From Candidatus Limnocylindrales bacterium (GTDB taxonomy: Bacteria > Moduliflexota > Moduliflexia > Moduliflexales > JAUQPW01): a DNA stretch of 64,000 bases. How positions within the stretch are numbered: position 1 is the stretch's first letter; every line of letters starts with the position of its first letter. The stretch is from assembly GCA_035559535.1 (NCBI GenBank), contig DATMBG010000039.1:1-64000 (forward strand), written 5' to 3'. The notes under the pieces are model-generated. The model saw only the letters and a program-made list of their open reading frames with translations. It was not told the DNA's origin and searched no databases. Below are positions 50,143-59,714 of this stretch, one piece after another. The translations under genes and the position numbers were made by a program.

Positions 50143-50181
50143 TAAAGACCCGGAGACCTTTCTCGGATCTCCGGGTCTTTA
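50143..50181. terminator. Bidirectional intrinsic terminator
   Basis: TAAAGACCCGGAGA ... TCTCCGGGTCTTTA between convergent genes. Confidence 0.8.
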
Positions 50182-50209
50182 TACCCTTCTCTCTTCCTGG
50201 TTCCGGCTT

Positions 50210-51424
50210 TTATCTCTCTTCAATATTTTCAGGACTTTCCTCTAAAGTTACCTTAACGGTTAGTTTTTCATTACCCCGCATAACAACTACAGGAATCGTT
50301 TCCCCTACCTTATGCTGCCGGATCGTACGAATTAAATCTTCTACACCGGATATTTTCTGTCCGGCCACCTCCAGGATAATATCCCCCCCGATAGGAAGCC
50401 TCATGTTACCTACTATAACCACCCGACTGGCTCCTTTAAGTCCTGCTTTATCGGCCGGGCTGTCTCGGGATACCCGACTGATCATAATCCCTTCTTGAAC
50501 CGGGAGCTCCAGGGCTTCAGCCAGTTCAGGGGTTAAGGCGAATCCAGCCACAATGCCCATCCAGGGTCGCACCACCCGCTGATTCATAATTAGTTGGGCT
50601 GCGACTTCCTTGGCCGTATTAATGGGAATAGCAAATCCTATTCCCATGGCTCCTCCACTGGTAGAAAAAATAGCCGTATTAATTCCAATTACTTCCCCTC
50701 TGGCGTTAATCAAAGGACCTCCACTGTTTCCTGGATTGATGGAGGCATCGGTCTGGATCATTCGATGTATTTCGGAATCTTGGGAGAGGCGGAGTTGTCG
50801 GTTTAAAGCACTGATAATCCCGGAAGTTACCGTATGTTCCAATCCAAAGGGATTACCGATGGCAATAACCCGCTCTCCTACCCGAAGTTTGTCGGAATCT
50901 CCGATTACTGCAACTCTGGGCACCTCAGATTCCGGTATCTTGATTACGGCTATGTCCGTGCTGGGATCCCTTCCAACTAACGTGGCCTTAAATTTCTTTC
51001 CTCCGATCAGTGTAACTTCCAAAAGCTTAGCATCGGCTACAACATGATTATTCGTGAGAATATATCCCCTTCGGTCTATGATAAATCCGGAACCCTGCCC
51101 CCGTTGGGGGATTATTTCCTGCCAGAAGAAATTGACTTCAAGGGTGGTAGCTATAATGTTCACAACCGAAGGGGATACCAACTCGTACACCCGGGTAATA
51201 ATTTCGGTGGCCGGATCCTCGATCTTTTCCAGAGGTACTCCGGATTCTTGGGTATTCTGCCGGGTCCCCTCCTGGGGAGTTTTTTTCATAAAATCTAAGT
51301 CCGATAAAGGCGGAGCTTTCGAACTTTTCCTTTCTTGAATGCGTTTCCATTCTCCGGATTGTAAGAACCAGACAAGTAAAAGGATCATTATGAGGCTAAG
51401 AAGGACTTTCCAACTTTTCATCAT
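50210..51424 (-). CDS. HtrA/DegQ-family serine protease with one PDZ domain
   Basis: N-terminal anchor, GSGFII, TNNHVV, DIAVIK, QTDASINPGNSGGPL, PDZ (SPADKAGL). Confidence 0.94.
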   Translation of the reverse strand: MMKSWKVLLSLIMILLLVWFLQSGEWKRIQERKSSKAPPLSDLDFMKKTPQEGTRQNTQESGVPLEKIEDPATEIITRVYELVSPSVVNIIATTLEVNFFWQEIIPQRGQGSGFIIDRRGYILTNNHVVADAKLLEVTLIGGKKFKATLVGRDPSTDIAVIKIPESEVPRVAVIGDSDKLRVGERVIAIGNPFGLEHTVTSGIISALNRQLRLSQDSEIHRMIQTDASINPGNSGGPLINARGEVIGINTAIFSTSGGAMGIGFAIPINTAKEVAAQLIMNQRVVRPWMGIVAGFALTPELAEALELPVQEGIMISRVSRDSPADKAGLKGASRVVIVGNMRLPIGGDIILEVAGQKISGVEDLIRTIRQHKVGETIPVVVMRGNEKLTVKVTLEESPENIEER

Positions 51425-51772
51425 ATTTTTTCCAACTAAACTTAAAGCGGCAATGAAATAATAAAGAATCTATGCTTACAGCAGGGTTTTTCAGCTCCAT
51501 GGGGAGCATCTGTGGATAGCCGGGTAATTATAAACAGGTGATTCCTACAGGATTTTAACCCTTCATTTAATATTCCTACGACCCTCCCTGCCATTCCAAT
51601 AGGTAAATGGTATTATTTACCCCCTATGGAACCTGAAAGTAGAATAACCAGGTAATCTAACATTATCAAGTTAAAAAATATTATAATTTTTTGCAGTTTA
51701 GGGTAAATGATCCTATTTTCCTTTATGAATGGGAAGGGATAAAATAAAATAGCTTAAAAGATTTTTTCCCCC

Positions 51773-51801
51773 TTGCCAAAAAAACCCACCTTACTTATAT
51801 T
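51773..51801 (+). promoter_or_regulatory. Putative sigma-70 promoter of the sigma-factor gene
   Basis: TTGCCA-N17-TATATT. Confidence 0.55.
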
Positions 51802-51916
51802 AATAGTTCGCGCTTCTCTTTATCGTTGCTTTTATGAAAGCAGAAGGAAGATCGAAAAGGTTATAAATCCTTAGGAAAGGAGGAAATAGGATACCTACGT
51901 CCTTAAAAAAATAATT

Positions 51917-52786
51917 ATGAAACCTTCAAATATGCATAATTTTGCGGCAGGGATTTCCACGGATAAAAGCTTGAAGCTTTATCTCCAGGAAATCGGGAAA
52001 ATCCCCACCACAACCCGGGAGGAGGAGCGAGAACTGGCCGAGAGGATTCAAAAGGGGGATCAGAAAGCTCTGAATCGATTAATAGAGGGGAATTTAAAAT
52101 TTGTGGTAAAAGTAGCTCAGGGTTATCAGGGGTGTGGTTTGTCCCTGACCGATTTAATCAATGAAGGAAATTTAGGGTTAATTGAGGCCGCTAAACGATT
52201 TGACCCTTCGAAAAATGTTAAGTTTATCTCTTACGCAGTATGGTGGATTCGGCAGTCTATTTTGCGGGCTTTATCCGAACAAGGCCGTACAATTCGATTA
52301 CCCTTAAAGCAAGGGGGACTTTTGGTGAAAGTCGGTAAGGTTTATAGCGAGCTTTCTCAGGAAAAGGGTGGGCAAGAGCCAACTCCGAAGGAAATTGCGG
52401 ATAAGATGGACATCTCAGAAGATGAAGTTCGGGCCATCCTGGAATTTTCAAAGAAGCCTTTATCTCTAGATGCCCCGACCCTCGAGGATGAGAATATCAC
52501 CCTCATGAATTTTGTAACCAATAAGAATAATCTGGCTCCCGATGAAGTTGTTATTAACCAAACCTTCATTGAAGAGCTTCGGGGACTCCTGGACGAATTA
52601 GATCCCAGAGAAGCAAAGATCCTCCGCTTACGTTATGGAATTGATGGCGAAGGGCCTCTAACCTTAGAGGAAATTGGGGAGCGGTTACATCTCAGTCGAG
52701 AGAGAGTTCGGCAACTGGAAAAGCGGGCCAAATCTAGATTAAAAAAACGGGCCGACGCTAAAAGTTTAGAGGATTATCTGAACTAA
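51917..52786 (+). CDS. RpoD/RpoS-type sigma-70 factor lacking region 1.1 (alternative sigma)
   Basis: YLQEIG, NLKFVV.VA, DLINEGNLGL..AA.RFDP, KFISYAVWWIRQSI, TLEEIG....SRERVRQLE. Confidence 0.93.
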   Translation: MKPSNMHNFAAGISTDKSLKLYLQEIGKIPTTTREEERELAERIQKGDQKALNRLIEGNLKFVVKVAQGYQGCGLSLTDLINEGNLGLIEAAKRFDPSKNVKFISYAVWWIRQSILRALSEQGRTIRLPLKQGGLLVKVGKVYSELSQEKGGQEPTPKEIADKMDISEDEVRAILEFSKKPLSLDAPTLEDENITLMNFVTNKNNLAPDEVVINQTFIEELRGLLDELDPREAKILRLRYGIDGEGPLTLEEIGERLHLSRERVRQLEKRAKSRLKKRADAKSLEDYLN

Positions 52787-52847
52787 GCAAATAAGGGTTA
52801 TTCTTAAACAAGTTTAAAATTTCTATTACAGGGATGAGGATAGGAAC

Positions 52848-54500
52848 GTGAAAATTAGAGAGATCCGTCAAGCGTATCATCATCTTCATCGATATCAGGA
52901 GATCCTGGGAGTTCTGGTTAAGTATGGCCTGGCCGAATGGGTTAATCGGCTCCATTTAGATTTTGCGCAAGCTATTCTGGCCCGGCGAGTTAATCCGGAC
53001 ATCGCGAAATTACCCTTTGAAGTAAAGGTCCGTATGGCTCTTACAGAATTAGGGCCTACCTTTATTAAACTCGGGCAAATTCTCAGTGTTCGGCCTGACT
53101 TAGTTGGGGTGGCTCAATCCGATGAACTGACCCTGCTTCAGGATCAGGTACCTCCCGATCCCATGGAATCGGTTCGGCGGGTTGTAGAAAGCGAACTAAA
53201 ACAACCGATCCAGGATCTCTTCCAATATTTTGATGAGATTCCTTTGGCGTCCGCTTCCATCAGTCAGGTTCATAGAGCTCTTTTGAAGTCGGGTGAAGAA
53301 GTCGTCGTAAAGGTACAACGAGAGAATATTCAAGAAAAAATCCAGGTAGATCTTGAAATTCTTTCAGATTTGGCAGATTTAGTCGAAAAATATATAGAAG
53401 AAAGTCGCCCCTATAGACCCCGGGCAACGGTCGATGAATTCCGACGGACCCTACTTCGAGAACTGGATTTTCAAAGAGAAGCTCGATACCTGGAGTTATT
53501 CGCCCAGGACTTTGCCGATGACCCAACCGTTCATATTCCCGCTGTTTTTCCAGAGTATACCACCAGCCGGGTACTGACGATGGAATTTCTTTCCGGAGTT
53601 AAACTTTCCGACAGGGAAGCCCTGGAAAAAATGGGAATAGATCTGTCCCAGCTCGCGCTCCGGGGTGTTGACATTTTTCTGCGAATGATCTTTACCAAAG
53701 GCCTTTATCATGCAGACCCTCATCCTGGGAATATTTTAATTCTCGAAGGGGGAGTGATCGGTTTAATTGATTTCGGCATGATCGGTCGTCTGGACGATGA
53801 ACTGCGAGAAGATGTGGAAGACCTTTTGATGGCCGTAGCCACCGGAAGTGGGAATCGGCTGGTCTCTGTTATTACCAAAATAGGTTCTCCTCCCCCTCAC
53901 CTCAATAAAGCCGCTCTTCAAGCCGATGTCCTGGATTTTATCACCTACTATGGGAATTTACCCCTCAACAAGGTTAACCTGGGTCAGGCACTCCGTGAGA
54001 TGACGGAAGTCATTCGCCGTCATCAAATCCTGCTTCCGGCCAGTCTGGCCATGCTCTTAAAAACCTTAATTGTCATGGAGGGAACGGGACGTTTATTAAA
54101 TCCCCAATTTGATCTTCTGACGGTTATCCGACCTTACCAGCAGCGTATGCTCTCCCGATACCTCTCCCCCCGACGCCAGTTTCAAAAAATGCAACGCCTC
54201 TATTGGGACCTGGAGCGGGTAGTCCAGGCTGTTCCACCTGGCATGGTCGAGGTTATTCAAAAACTCCGAACCGGAGAATTTGACCTCAACTTAAACCATC
54301 GAGGCCTGGAACGGCTTGTAAACCGCCTGGTATTTGGAGTTATTACCGCAGCCCTCTTTTTGGGTTCCGCTCTTATGATGAGTTTCCAGGTTCCTCCCCT
54401 GATCTGGGGTATCTCCATACTCGGCTGGATCGCCTATATTCTCTCCCTCCTGTTCGGAATCCGACTGCTCTGGGCCATTCATGTCTCAGGACGACTGTAA
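52848..54500 (+). CDS. ABC1/UbiB/AarF atypical kinase family protein
   Basis: LGPTFIKLGQ, ASASI.QVH.A, VVVKVQR, ELDF, HADPHPGN, IDFGMIG, two C-terminal TM helices. Confidence 0.93.
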   Translation: MKIREIRQAYHHLHRYQEILGVLVKYGLAEWVNRLHLDFAQAILARRVNPDIAKLPFEVKVRMALTELGPTFIKLGQILSVRPDLVGVAQSDELTLLQDQVPPDPMESVRRVVESELKQPIQDLFQYFDEIPLASASISQVHRALLKSGEEVVVKVQRENIQEKIQVDLEILSDLADLVEKYIEESRPYRPRATVDEFRRTLLRELDFQREARYLELFAQDFADDPTVHIPAVFPEYTTSRVLTMEFLSGVKLSDREALEKMGIDLSQLALRGVDIFLRMIFTKGLYHADPHPGNILILEGGVIGLIDFGMIGRLDDELREDVEDLLMAVATGSGNRLVSVITKIGSPPPHLNKAALQADVLDFITYYGNLPLNKVNLGQALREMTEVIRRHQILLPASLAMLLKTLIVMEGTGRLLNPQFDLLTVIRPYQQRMLSRYLSPRRQFQKMQRLYWDLERVVQAVPPGMVEVIQKLRTGEFDLNLNHRGLERLVNRLVFGVITAALFLGSALMMSFQVPPLIWGISILGWIAYILSLLFGIRLLWAIHVSGRL

Positions 54501-54908
54501 ACTCCGCCAGCCCCTGGGTGATCGTACTTTTGCCTTGTCTCTGTTGCCCCTGTGAATCATCCCCTATAGGGGATTTATATAACCCTACGCAGGCGGAAGG
54601 AGAGCAAAGGGTATACCTGGGAAGTTACAACGGAAGAAAGGGATCAACAGGCAAATTCGGGTGGGGAATCAATACCCTTTGGCACCGCTCCAAAAATTCT
54701 TTTAAGGAAGGGTTTCCATTTGAGGGGAGGGGGCCTATCTTAAACCTAAATAGTCATGAGATGAGAAGTAATCCATGAGGGAACAGGGGTTATCCTTACA
54801 GCAACTCACCGGAAGACTGGTCAGCCCTAGGAAAGCAATGGACCTTATTCGAAAAGAATAAGCTGAATTCAGGGGTAAGAAACATCCCCTGGTTTCGAGA
54901 TTATCCCT

Positions 54909-57900
54909 ATGCACTGTGAAAGTTGTGGATTTGAAAATCCCCCCACGATGAATTTCTGTGGAGAGTGCGGCACAAAGCTGAGACTTTCGTGTCCCCAGTG
55001 CGGCGCTGAGAATCCCCCAGGGTTCAAATTCTGTGGCCAGTGTGGGGCAGGTCTGGCAATAGGGGCAACCCGCCAGGTCGCCCCTACAACCGATACAGGT
55101 CAGGTCCCTCTGCACCCAGAACCCCAGATCCAGCGTTACACCCCGAAACACCTGGCTGAGAAGATCCTCCAGTCCAGGTCTGCCCTGGAAGGAGAACGTA
55201 AGCAGATCACCATCCTCTTCGCCGACATCAAAGGCTCCATGGAACTGCTGGCGGGACTCGATCCCGAAGAGGCTCGAAGGCTTCTGGACCCGGTCCTACA
55301 CGCCATGATGGAGGCAGTTCACCGGTACGAGGGAACGGTGAACCAGGTTCTGGGGGATGGGATCATGGCCCTGTTTGGGGCTCCCCTCGCCCATGAGGAT
55401 CATGCAGTCCGGGCCTGCTATGCAGCTCTGACTATGCAAGAAGCCATCCGCCGCTATACCGAAGAAGTCCGTTACCAGCACGGGATCGAGGTGCAGATCC
55501 GGGTGGGTCTCAACAGCGGTGAAGTGGTGGTGCGGACCATCGGCAACGACCTCCACATGGACTACTCGGCCATCGGTCAAACGACCCATCTGGCAGCCCG
55601 CATGGAGCAACTGGCCACTCCTGGAACGATCCGGCTGACGATGAATACCCTTCGGCTGGCCGAGGATTTTATTCAAGTCAAATCCCTGGGTCTGGTTCTT
55701 GTCAAGGGACTCCAGGACCCTGTAGAGGTGTTCGAGCTGGTGGGTGCAGGTCCTGTCCGAAGACGTCTGCAAGCGTCTTTAGCTCGGGGTTTCACCCGCT
55801 TCGTGGGACGACAGCAGGAGCTGGAGACCCTCCGACAGGCTCTGGAGCAGGCAGGTAGAGGTCAAGGTCAGGTGGTGGCTTTGGTGGGAGAACCCGGTAT
55901 CGGCAAGTCCCGCCTGTTCTATGAGTTTACCCGTTCCCATCGAACCAAAGGCTGGCTGTGGTTGGAAAGCAGCTCGGTCTCCTATGGGAAAGCCACGGCT
56001 TACCTGCCGGTGATTGACCTCCTGAAGGCTTATTTTCAGATTGAGGACCGGGACGATGTCCGAAGGATCCGAGAGAAAGTTATGGGTAAGATCCTGGCCC
56101 TGGATGAAGCGTTGAGACCGACCTTACCAGCCTTGCTGTCGCTGCTGGGAGTGCCGATGGAGGATACCTCCTGGAAGCAACTGGATCCTCCCCAACGTCG
56201 TCAGCGGACCTTAGAGGCTATCAAACGCCTTCTTTTGAGGGAAAGCCAGATACAGCCTCTGTTGCTGGTCTTTGAGGATCTGCACTGGATCGATACCGAG
56301 ACCCAAGCCTTCCTGGATAGCTTGATAGAGGGCCTGCCGACGGCTCGGATTTTGTTGTTGGTCAACTATCGTCCCGAGTATCAGCATGGTTGGGGGAGCA
56401 AGACCTATTGTACCCAACTCCGCCTGGATCCCTTACCTTCTGAGAGCGTCGAAGAACTTCTCCAGGCTCTACTGGGAAACGATGCCAGTCTGCAACCCCT
56501 CCGACCATCCTTGATGGAGCGGACCGAGGGGAACCCCTTCTTCCTGGAGGAGAGTATTCGAACGTTGGTAGAGACCCAGGCTTTGGTGGGGGAGAGAGGG
56601 GCCTATCGGCTGGTGAAGGCGCTTCCAACCCTTCAGATGCCGGGGACCGTCCAGGCGATGCTGGCCGCCCGGATTGATCGGTTACCCCCTGAGGAGAAGC
56701 ATCTCCTCCAGTGTGCGGCTGTGATTGGCAAGGATGTAGAATTCTGGCTTCTTCAAGCCATTGCGGAGCTACCGGAGGAAGCGCTGCGTCGGGGTCTCCT
56801 GCACCTCCAAACCGCCGAGTTCCTCTACGAGACCAGTCTCTTCCCGGATCTGGAATACACGTTCAAGCATGCCTTGACCCACGAAGTGGCCTATGGAAGT
56901 TTGCTGCAAGAACGACGGCGGATACTTCATAACCAGATCTTGAGGGCCCTGGAAACGCGGTCATCCGATCGGCTGGATGAGAACGTGGAACGACTGGCGT
57001 ATCATGCACAACGGGGCGAGGTTTGGGATAAAGCCTTGATCTACTTCCGTCAGGCGGGGTCCAAAGCGGCTGCCCGCTCAGCCAACCGGGAGGCAGTATC
57101 CTGCTTCGAGCAGGCATTGGTTGCTCTCCAGCATCTGCCAGAGAGTCGTGACATGCTCGAACAAGCCATCGACCTCCGGTTCGACCTTCGGAACGCGCTT
57201 TTTCCACTTGGAAAATATGAACAGATTCTCAACTTCCTTCGCGAGGCGGAAACTCTTGCTAAAACTTTGGATGATCAGAGAAGGTTGGGTTGGGTCTCTA
57301 GCTACATGACCCACTATTTTTGGTGGAGGGGTAAGCTGGATCAAGCTGCCGAATCCGGCCAACGCGCCCTCGCAATTGCTACAACCTTTCAGGATTTTGG
57401 ACTCCAGGTTGCAACGAACCTCTTCCTGGGGCAAGTCTACTATAACTTAGGTAACTATCCCCAGGCGATGGAATTTCTCAGGAAGAATGTGGAGTCCCTC
57501 CAAGGAGATCTGATCTATGAGCGCTTTAACGTGGCTACCCTGCCTTTTGTTGTCTCCCGTCACTGGCTAATCCGCTGCCTTGCTGAGGTTGGAGAGTTCA
57601 CCGAAGGAAGGATTCGGGCCGAAGAAGCCTTTCAGGTTGCTGAAGCAGCCAATGATTCATTGGGTCTTTTCGCCGCATATTACGGGACCGGTTTTCTTTA
57701 CCTCCACAAAGGAGAGTTTCAAAAGGCTATTTCTCTATTTGAACGGGGCCTTGCGTTCAGCCAGACCTGGAATATCTCGTTCTTCTTACATTACATCAAT
57801 TCGGCCCTGGGCTATACGTATGTACTTTCTGGACGTGTTGCGGAAGCGATTCCTCTTCTAGAGCGGGCTGTGGAGCAGATGGTTTCTATGAAAACAATGG

Positions 57901-58307
57901 GTGGCTTGTCGCTCCTGGTTGGCTGGCTGAGTGAATCCTATCTATTGGTAGGCCGAAGAAGCCTTGCCCTGGAGCTTGCCCTGCACGCCCTTGACCTCTC
58001 TCGTAACCACAAAGAACGTGGACATGAGGCCTGGGCTCTCCGACTCCTGGGTGAGATCCACGCCCATCAGGCTCCTCCCCATGTCGAAGAAGCTGAAGAT
58101 TATTATCGTCAGGCTTTTGGGCTGGCTGAGGAGCTGGGGATGCGTCCGCTCGTGGCTCATGTTCACTTTGGCCTTGGGAGTCTCCATCACAAGGTAGGAA
58201 GATCGGAGGAAGCACGAGCTGAACTGTCCCAGACTATCGAGTTGTTCCGTTCTATGGAGATGACATTCTGGTTGAACCGGGCCGAGGCTATATTTGTGGG
58301 AAGTTAG
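54909..58307 (+). CDS. Double zinc ribbon - class III nucleotide cyclase - STAND/AAA ATPase - TPR protein
   Basis: Four CxxC motifs, LFADIKGS, GDGIMALFG, HLAARME, GEPGIGKS, FEDLHW, GNPFFLEE, YTFKHALT, TPR-like helices. Confidence 0.9.
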   Translation: MHCESCGFENPPTMNFCGECGTKLRLSCPQCGAENPPGFKFCGQCGAGLAIGATRQVAPTTDTGQVPLHPEPQIQRYTPKHLAEKILQSRSALEGERKQITILFADIKGSMELLAGLDPEEARRLLDPVLHAMMEAVHRYEGTVNQVLGDGIMALFGAPLAHEDHAVRACYAALTMQEAIRRYTEEVRYQHGIEVQIRVGLNSGEVVVRTIGNDLHMDYSAIGQTTHLAARMEQLATPGTIRLTMNTLRLAEDFIQVKSLGLVLVKGLQDPVEVFELVGAGPVRRRLQASLARGFTRFVGRQQELETLRQALEQAGRGQGQVVALVGEPGIGKSRLFYEFTRSHRTKGWLWLESSSVSYGKATAYLPVIDLLKAYFQIEDRDDVRRIREKVMGKILALDEALRPTLPALLSLLGVPMEDTSWKQLDPPQRRQRTLEAIKRLLLRESQIQPLLLVFEDLHWIDTETQAFLDSLIEGLPTARILLLVNYRPEYQHGWGSKTYCTQLRLDPLPSESVEELLQALLGNDASLQPLRPSLMERTEGNPFFLEESIRTLVETQALVGERGAYRLVKALPTLQMPGTVQAMLAARIDRLPPEEKHLLQCAAVIGKDVEFWLLQAIAELPEEALRRGLLHLQTAEFLYETSLFPDLEYTFKHALTHEVAYGSLLQERRRILHNQILRALETRSSDRLDENVERLAYHAQRGEVWDKALIYFRQAGSKAAARSANREAVSCFEQALVALQHLPESRDMLEQAIDLRFDLRNALFPLGKYEQILNFLREAETLAKTLDDQRRLGWVSSYMTHYFWWRGKLDQAAESGQRALAIATTFQDFGLQVATNLFLGQVYYNLGNYPQAMEFLRKNVESLQGDLIYERFNVATLPFVVSRHWLIRCLAEVGEFTEGRIRAEEAFQVAEAANDSLGLFAAYYGTGFLYLHKGEFQKAISLFERGLAFSQTWNISFFLHYINSALGYTYVLSGRVAEAIPLLERAVEQMVSMKTMGGLSLLVGWLSESYLLVGRRSLALELALHALDLSRNHKERGHEAWALRLLGEIHAHQAPPHVEEAEDYYRQAFGLAEELGMRPLVAHVHFGLGSLHHKVGRSEEARAELSQTIELFRSMEMTFWLNRAEAIFVGS
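55060..55087. repeat. GTAG-family REP inserted in-frame in the cyclase gene linker
   Basis: Minus strand GTAGGGGCGACCTGGCGGGTTGCCCCTA; translated as IGATRQVAPT. Confidence 0.8.
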
Positions 58308-58318
58308 TTCTTAACTTC

Positions 58319-59206
58319 ATGGGAAAGCAACTTACTTTTATGGACCGACTCTACAGTCTGATAGACAGGCTTTTCGATAAGTTAGAAAAAATCTGGGAAA
58401 GCATCTATACCCAGCGGATAGTCACCGATTTACTGGTTCTTGCCTTTGTAATTGGATTAATCGTTATTGAACTGAATCGAAAGGGAGTACTTCCAGAAAC
58501 TCTCAGCGAGTGGGTCCCCCGCAACCATTTCTACGCAGTAGGTTTGGCCTTTACCTTACTTCTGTTCCTGGAAGCCATTGGGTTGGTCTTTGCACTTGCT
58601 CATTCCGTGGCTGACTCTCTGGGTAAGCAATTTCAGGTGCTCTCTTTGATTCTTTTACGTAAACCTTTCAAAGAGTTTATATACTTCGACGAACCTATCA
58701 CCTGGACCCAGGTCTCCAGTCCTGTACTTCATATTCTTGCCGATGCGAGCGGTGCATTACTTATCTTTGTTGCCCTGGGGTTCTACTATCATGTGCAACA
58801 GCATCGTCCCATCACCAAGGATACCCTGGAGCAGTTTAGATTTACGGCAGCTAAGAAGTTAGTGTCTCTACTCTTATTAACCCTTTTTGTAATGATTGGA
58901 GTAAATCATCTTCGGAGTTACCTGGTTCAAGGATCTATCAACAGTTTTTTCGATACCTTTTATACTCTCCTTATCTTTAGTGACGTATTGATTGTATTGA
59001 TTTCGCTACGGTATAGTTCGACCTATAAGGTCGTCTTTCGCAATTCCGGTTTTGCTTTAGTTACGGTGGTGATTCGGCTGGCCTTAACCGCTCCGCCTTA
59101 TATTGATGTAGGCCTTGGGCTATGTGCAGCCATTTTGGCCTTGGGATTTACGCTGGCATATAATGCCTTTGAGCCTGTGGTACGGGAACGCATTGAAAAA
59201 GACTAA
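58319..59206 (+). CDS. Conserved-looking multi-pass membrane protein of unknown function
   Basis: About 7 hydrophobic segments; GKQFQ..SLI..R..FK and FRNSGF motifs. Confidence 0.7.
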   Translation: MGKQLTFMDRLYSLIDRLFDKLEKIWESIYTQRIVTDLLVLAFVIGLIVIELNRKGVLPETLSEWVPRNHFYAVGLAFTLLLFLEAIGLVFALAHSVADSLGKQFQVLSLILLRKPFKEFIYFDEPITWTQVSSPVLHILADASGALLIFVALGFYYHVQQHRPITKDTLEQFRFTAAKKLVSLLLLTLFVMIGVNHLRSYLVQGSINSFFDTFYTLLIFSDVLIVLISLRYSSTYKVVFRNSGFALVTVVIRLALTAPPYIDVGLGLCAAILALGFTLAYNAFEPVVRERIEKD

Positions 59207-59297
59207 AGAACTTTGTCAGGTAGGATAAAAAGGGAGGGGAATCCTTGGGATCAAGGATTTTTAATTCTTTTCAAAATCAAACGGGACGTTTAACCTA

Positions 59298-59681
59298 CTA
59301 ATCGGAGTTTCCCTCTGAAAGCCATCTAAGAATTCTAAAGTGCAAGGCCGCACTATTAAGATCTTCCATTTCACAAAATACTTTCATAAACTCGCGGCCT
59401 TCTATAAGGTAGCACAGATCCTTAAAAAATAACGCAATAATAACCCCTTTACAGGTTTCTGGATCGATGGATTTATTTTTTAAGTATCGGACCAGAGTCG
59501 GATAGATTTTATCACGCAAATACTCCCAGGATTTATCCACGGGCAAAACAACTTCATAAAAAAGAACTTTATCCCCGGACTCTTCCTGGGTTTTAGATAA
59601 TTCTTCCAAAGTTTGGTTGTAAGCGATACCCGGTATGATTTTAAAGGCTTTTGAGAATAAAAGCTCACGAAAATCGGCCAC
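59298..59681 (-). CDS. Hypothetical protein, last gene of the putative hibernation operon
   Basis: 127-aa ORF with GTG start after GAGGAGG, 33 nt downstream of the aeRF1-fold gene. Confidence 0.7.
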   Translation of the reverse strand: MADFRELLFSKAFKIIPGIAYNQTLEELSKTQEESGDKVLFYEVVLPVDKSWEYLRDKIYPTLVRYLKNKSIDPETCKGVIIALFFKDLCYLIEGREFMKVFCEMEDLNSAALHFRILRWLSEGNSD

Positions 59682-59714
59682 AGTTGGAACCTCCTCAAGT
59701 AAGATTTCTCCTCG

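Noticed and set aside
54518-54861. Short ORFs upstream of the second cyclase (including MREQGLSLQQL...)
   Set aside because: No convincing family motif; could be a gene remnant, but this cannot be supported.
12207-55087. CRISPR array or IS element suggested by the recurring palindromes
   Set aside because: The repeats are dispersed rather than regularly spaced with unique spacers; no cas or transposase gene is present.
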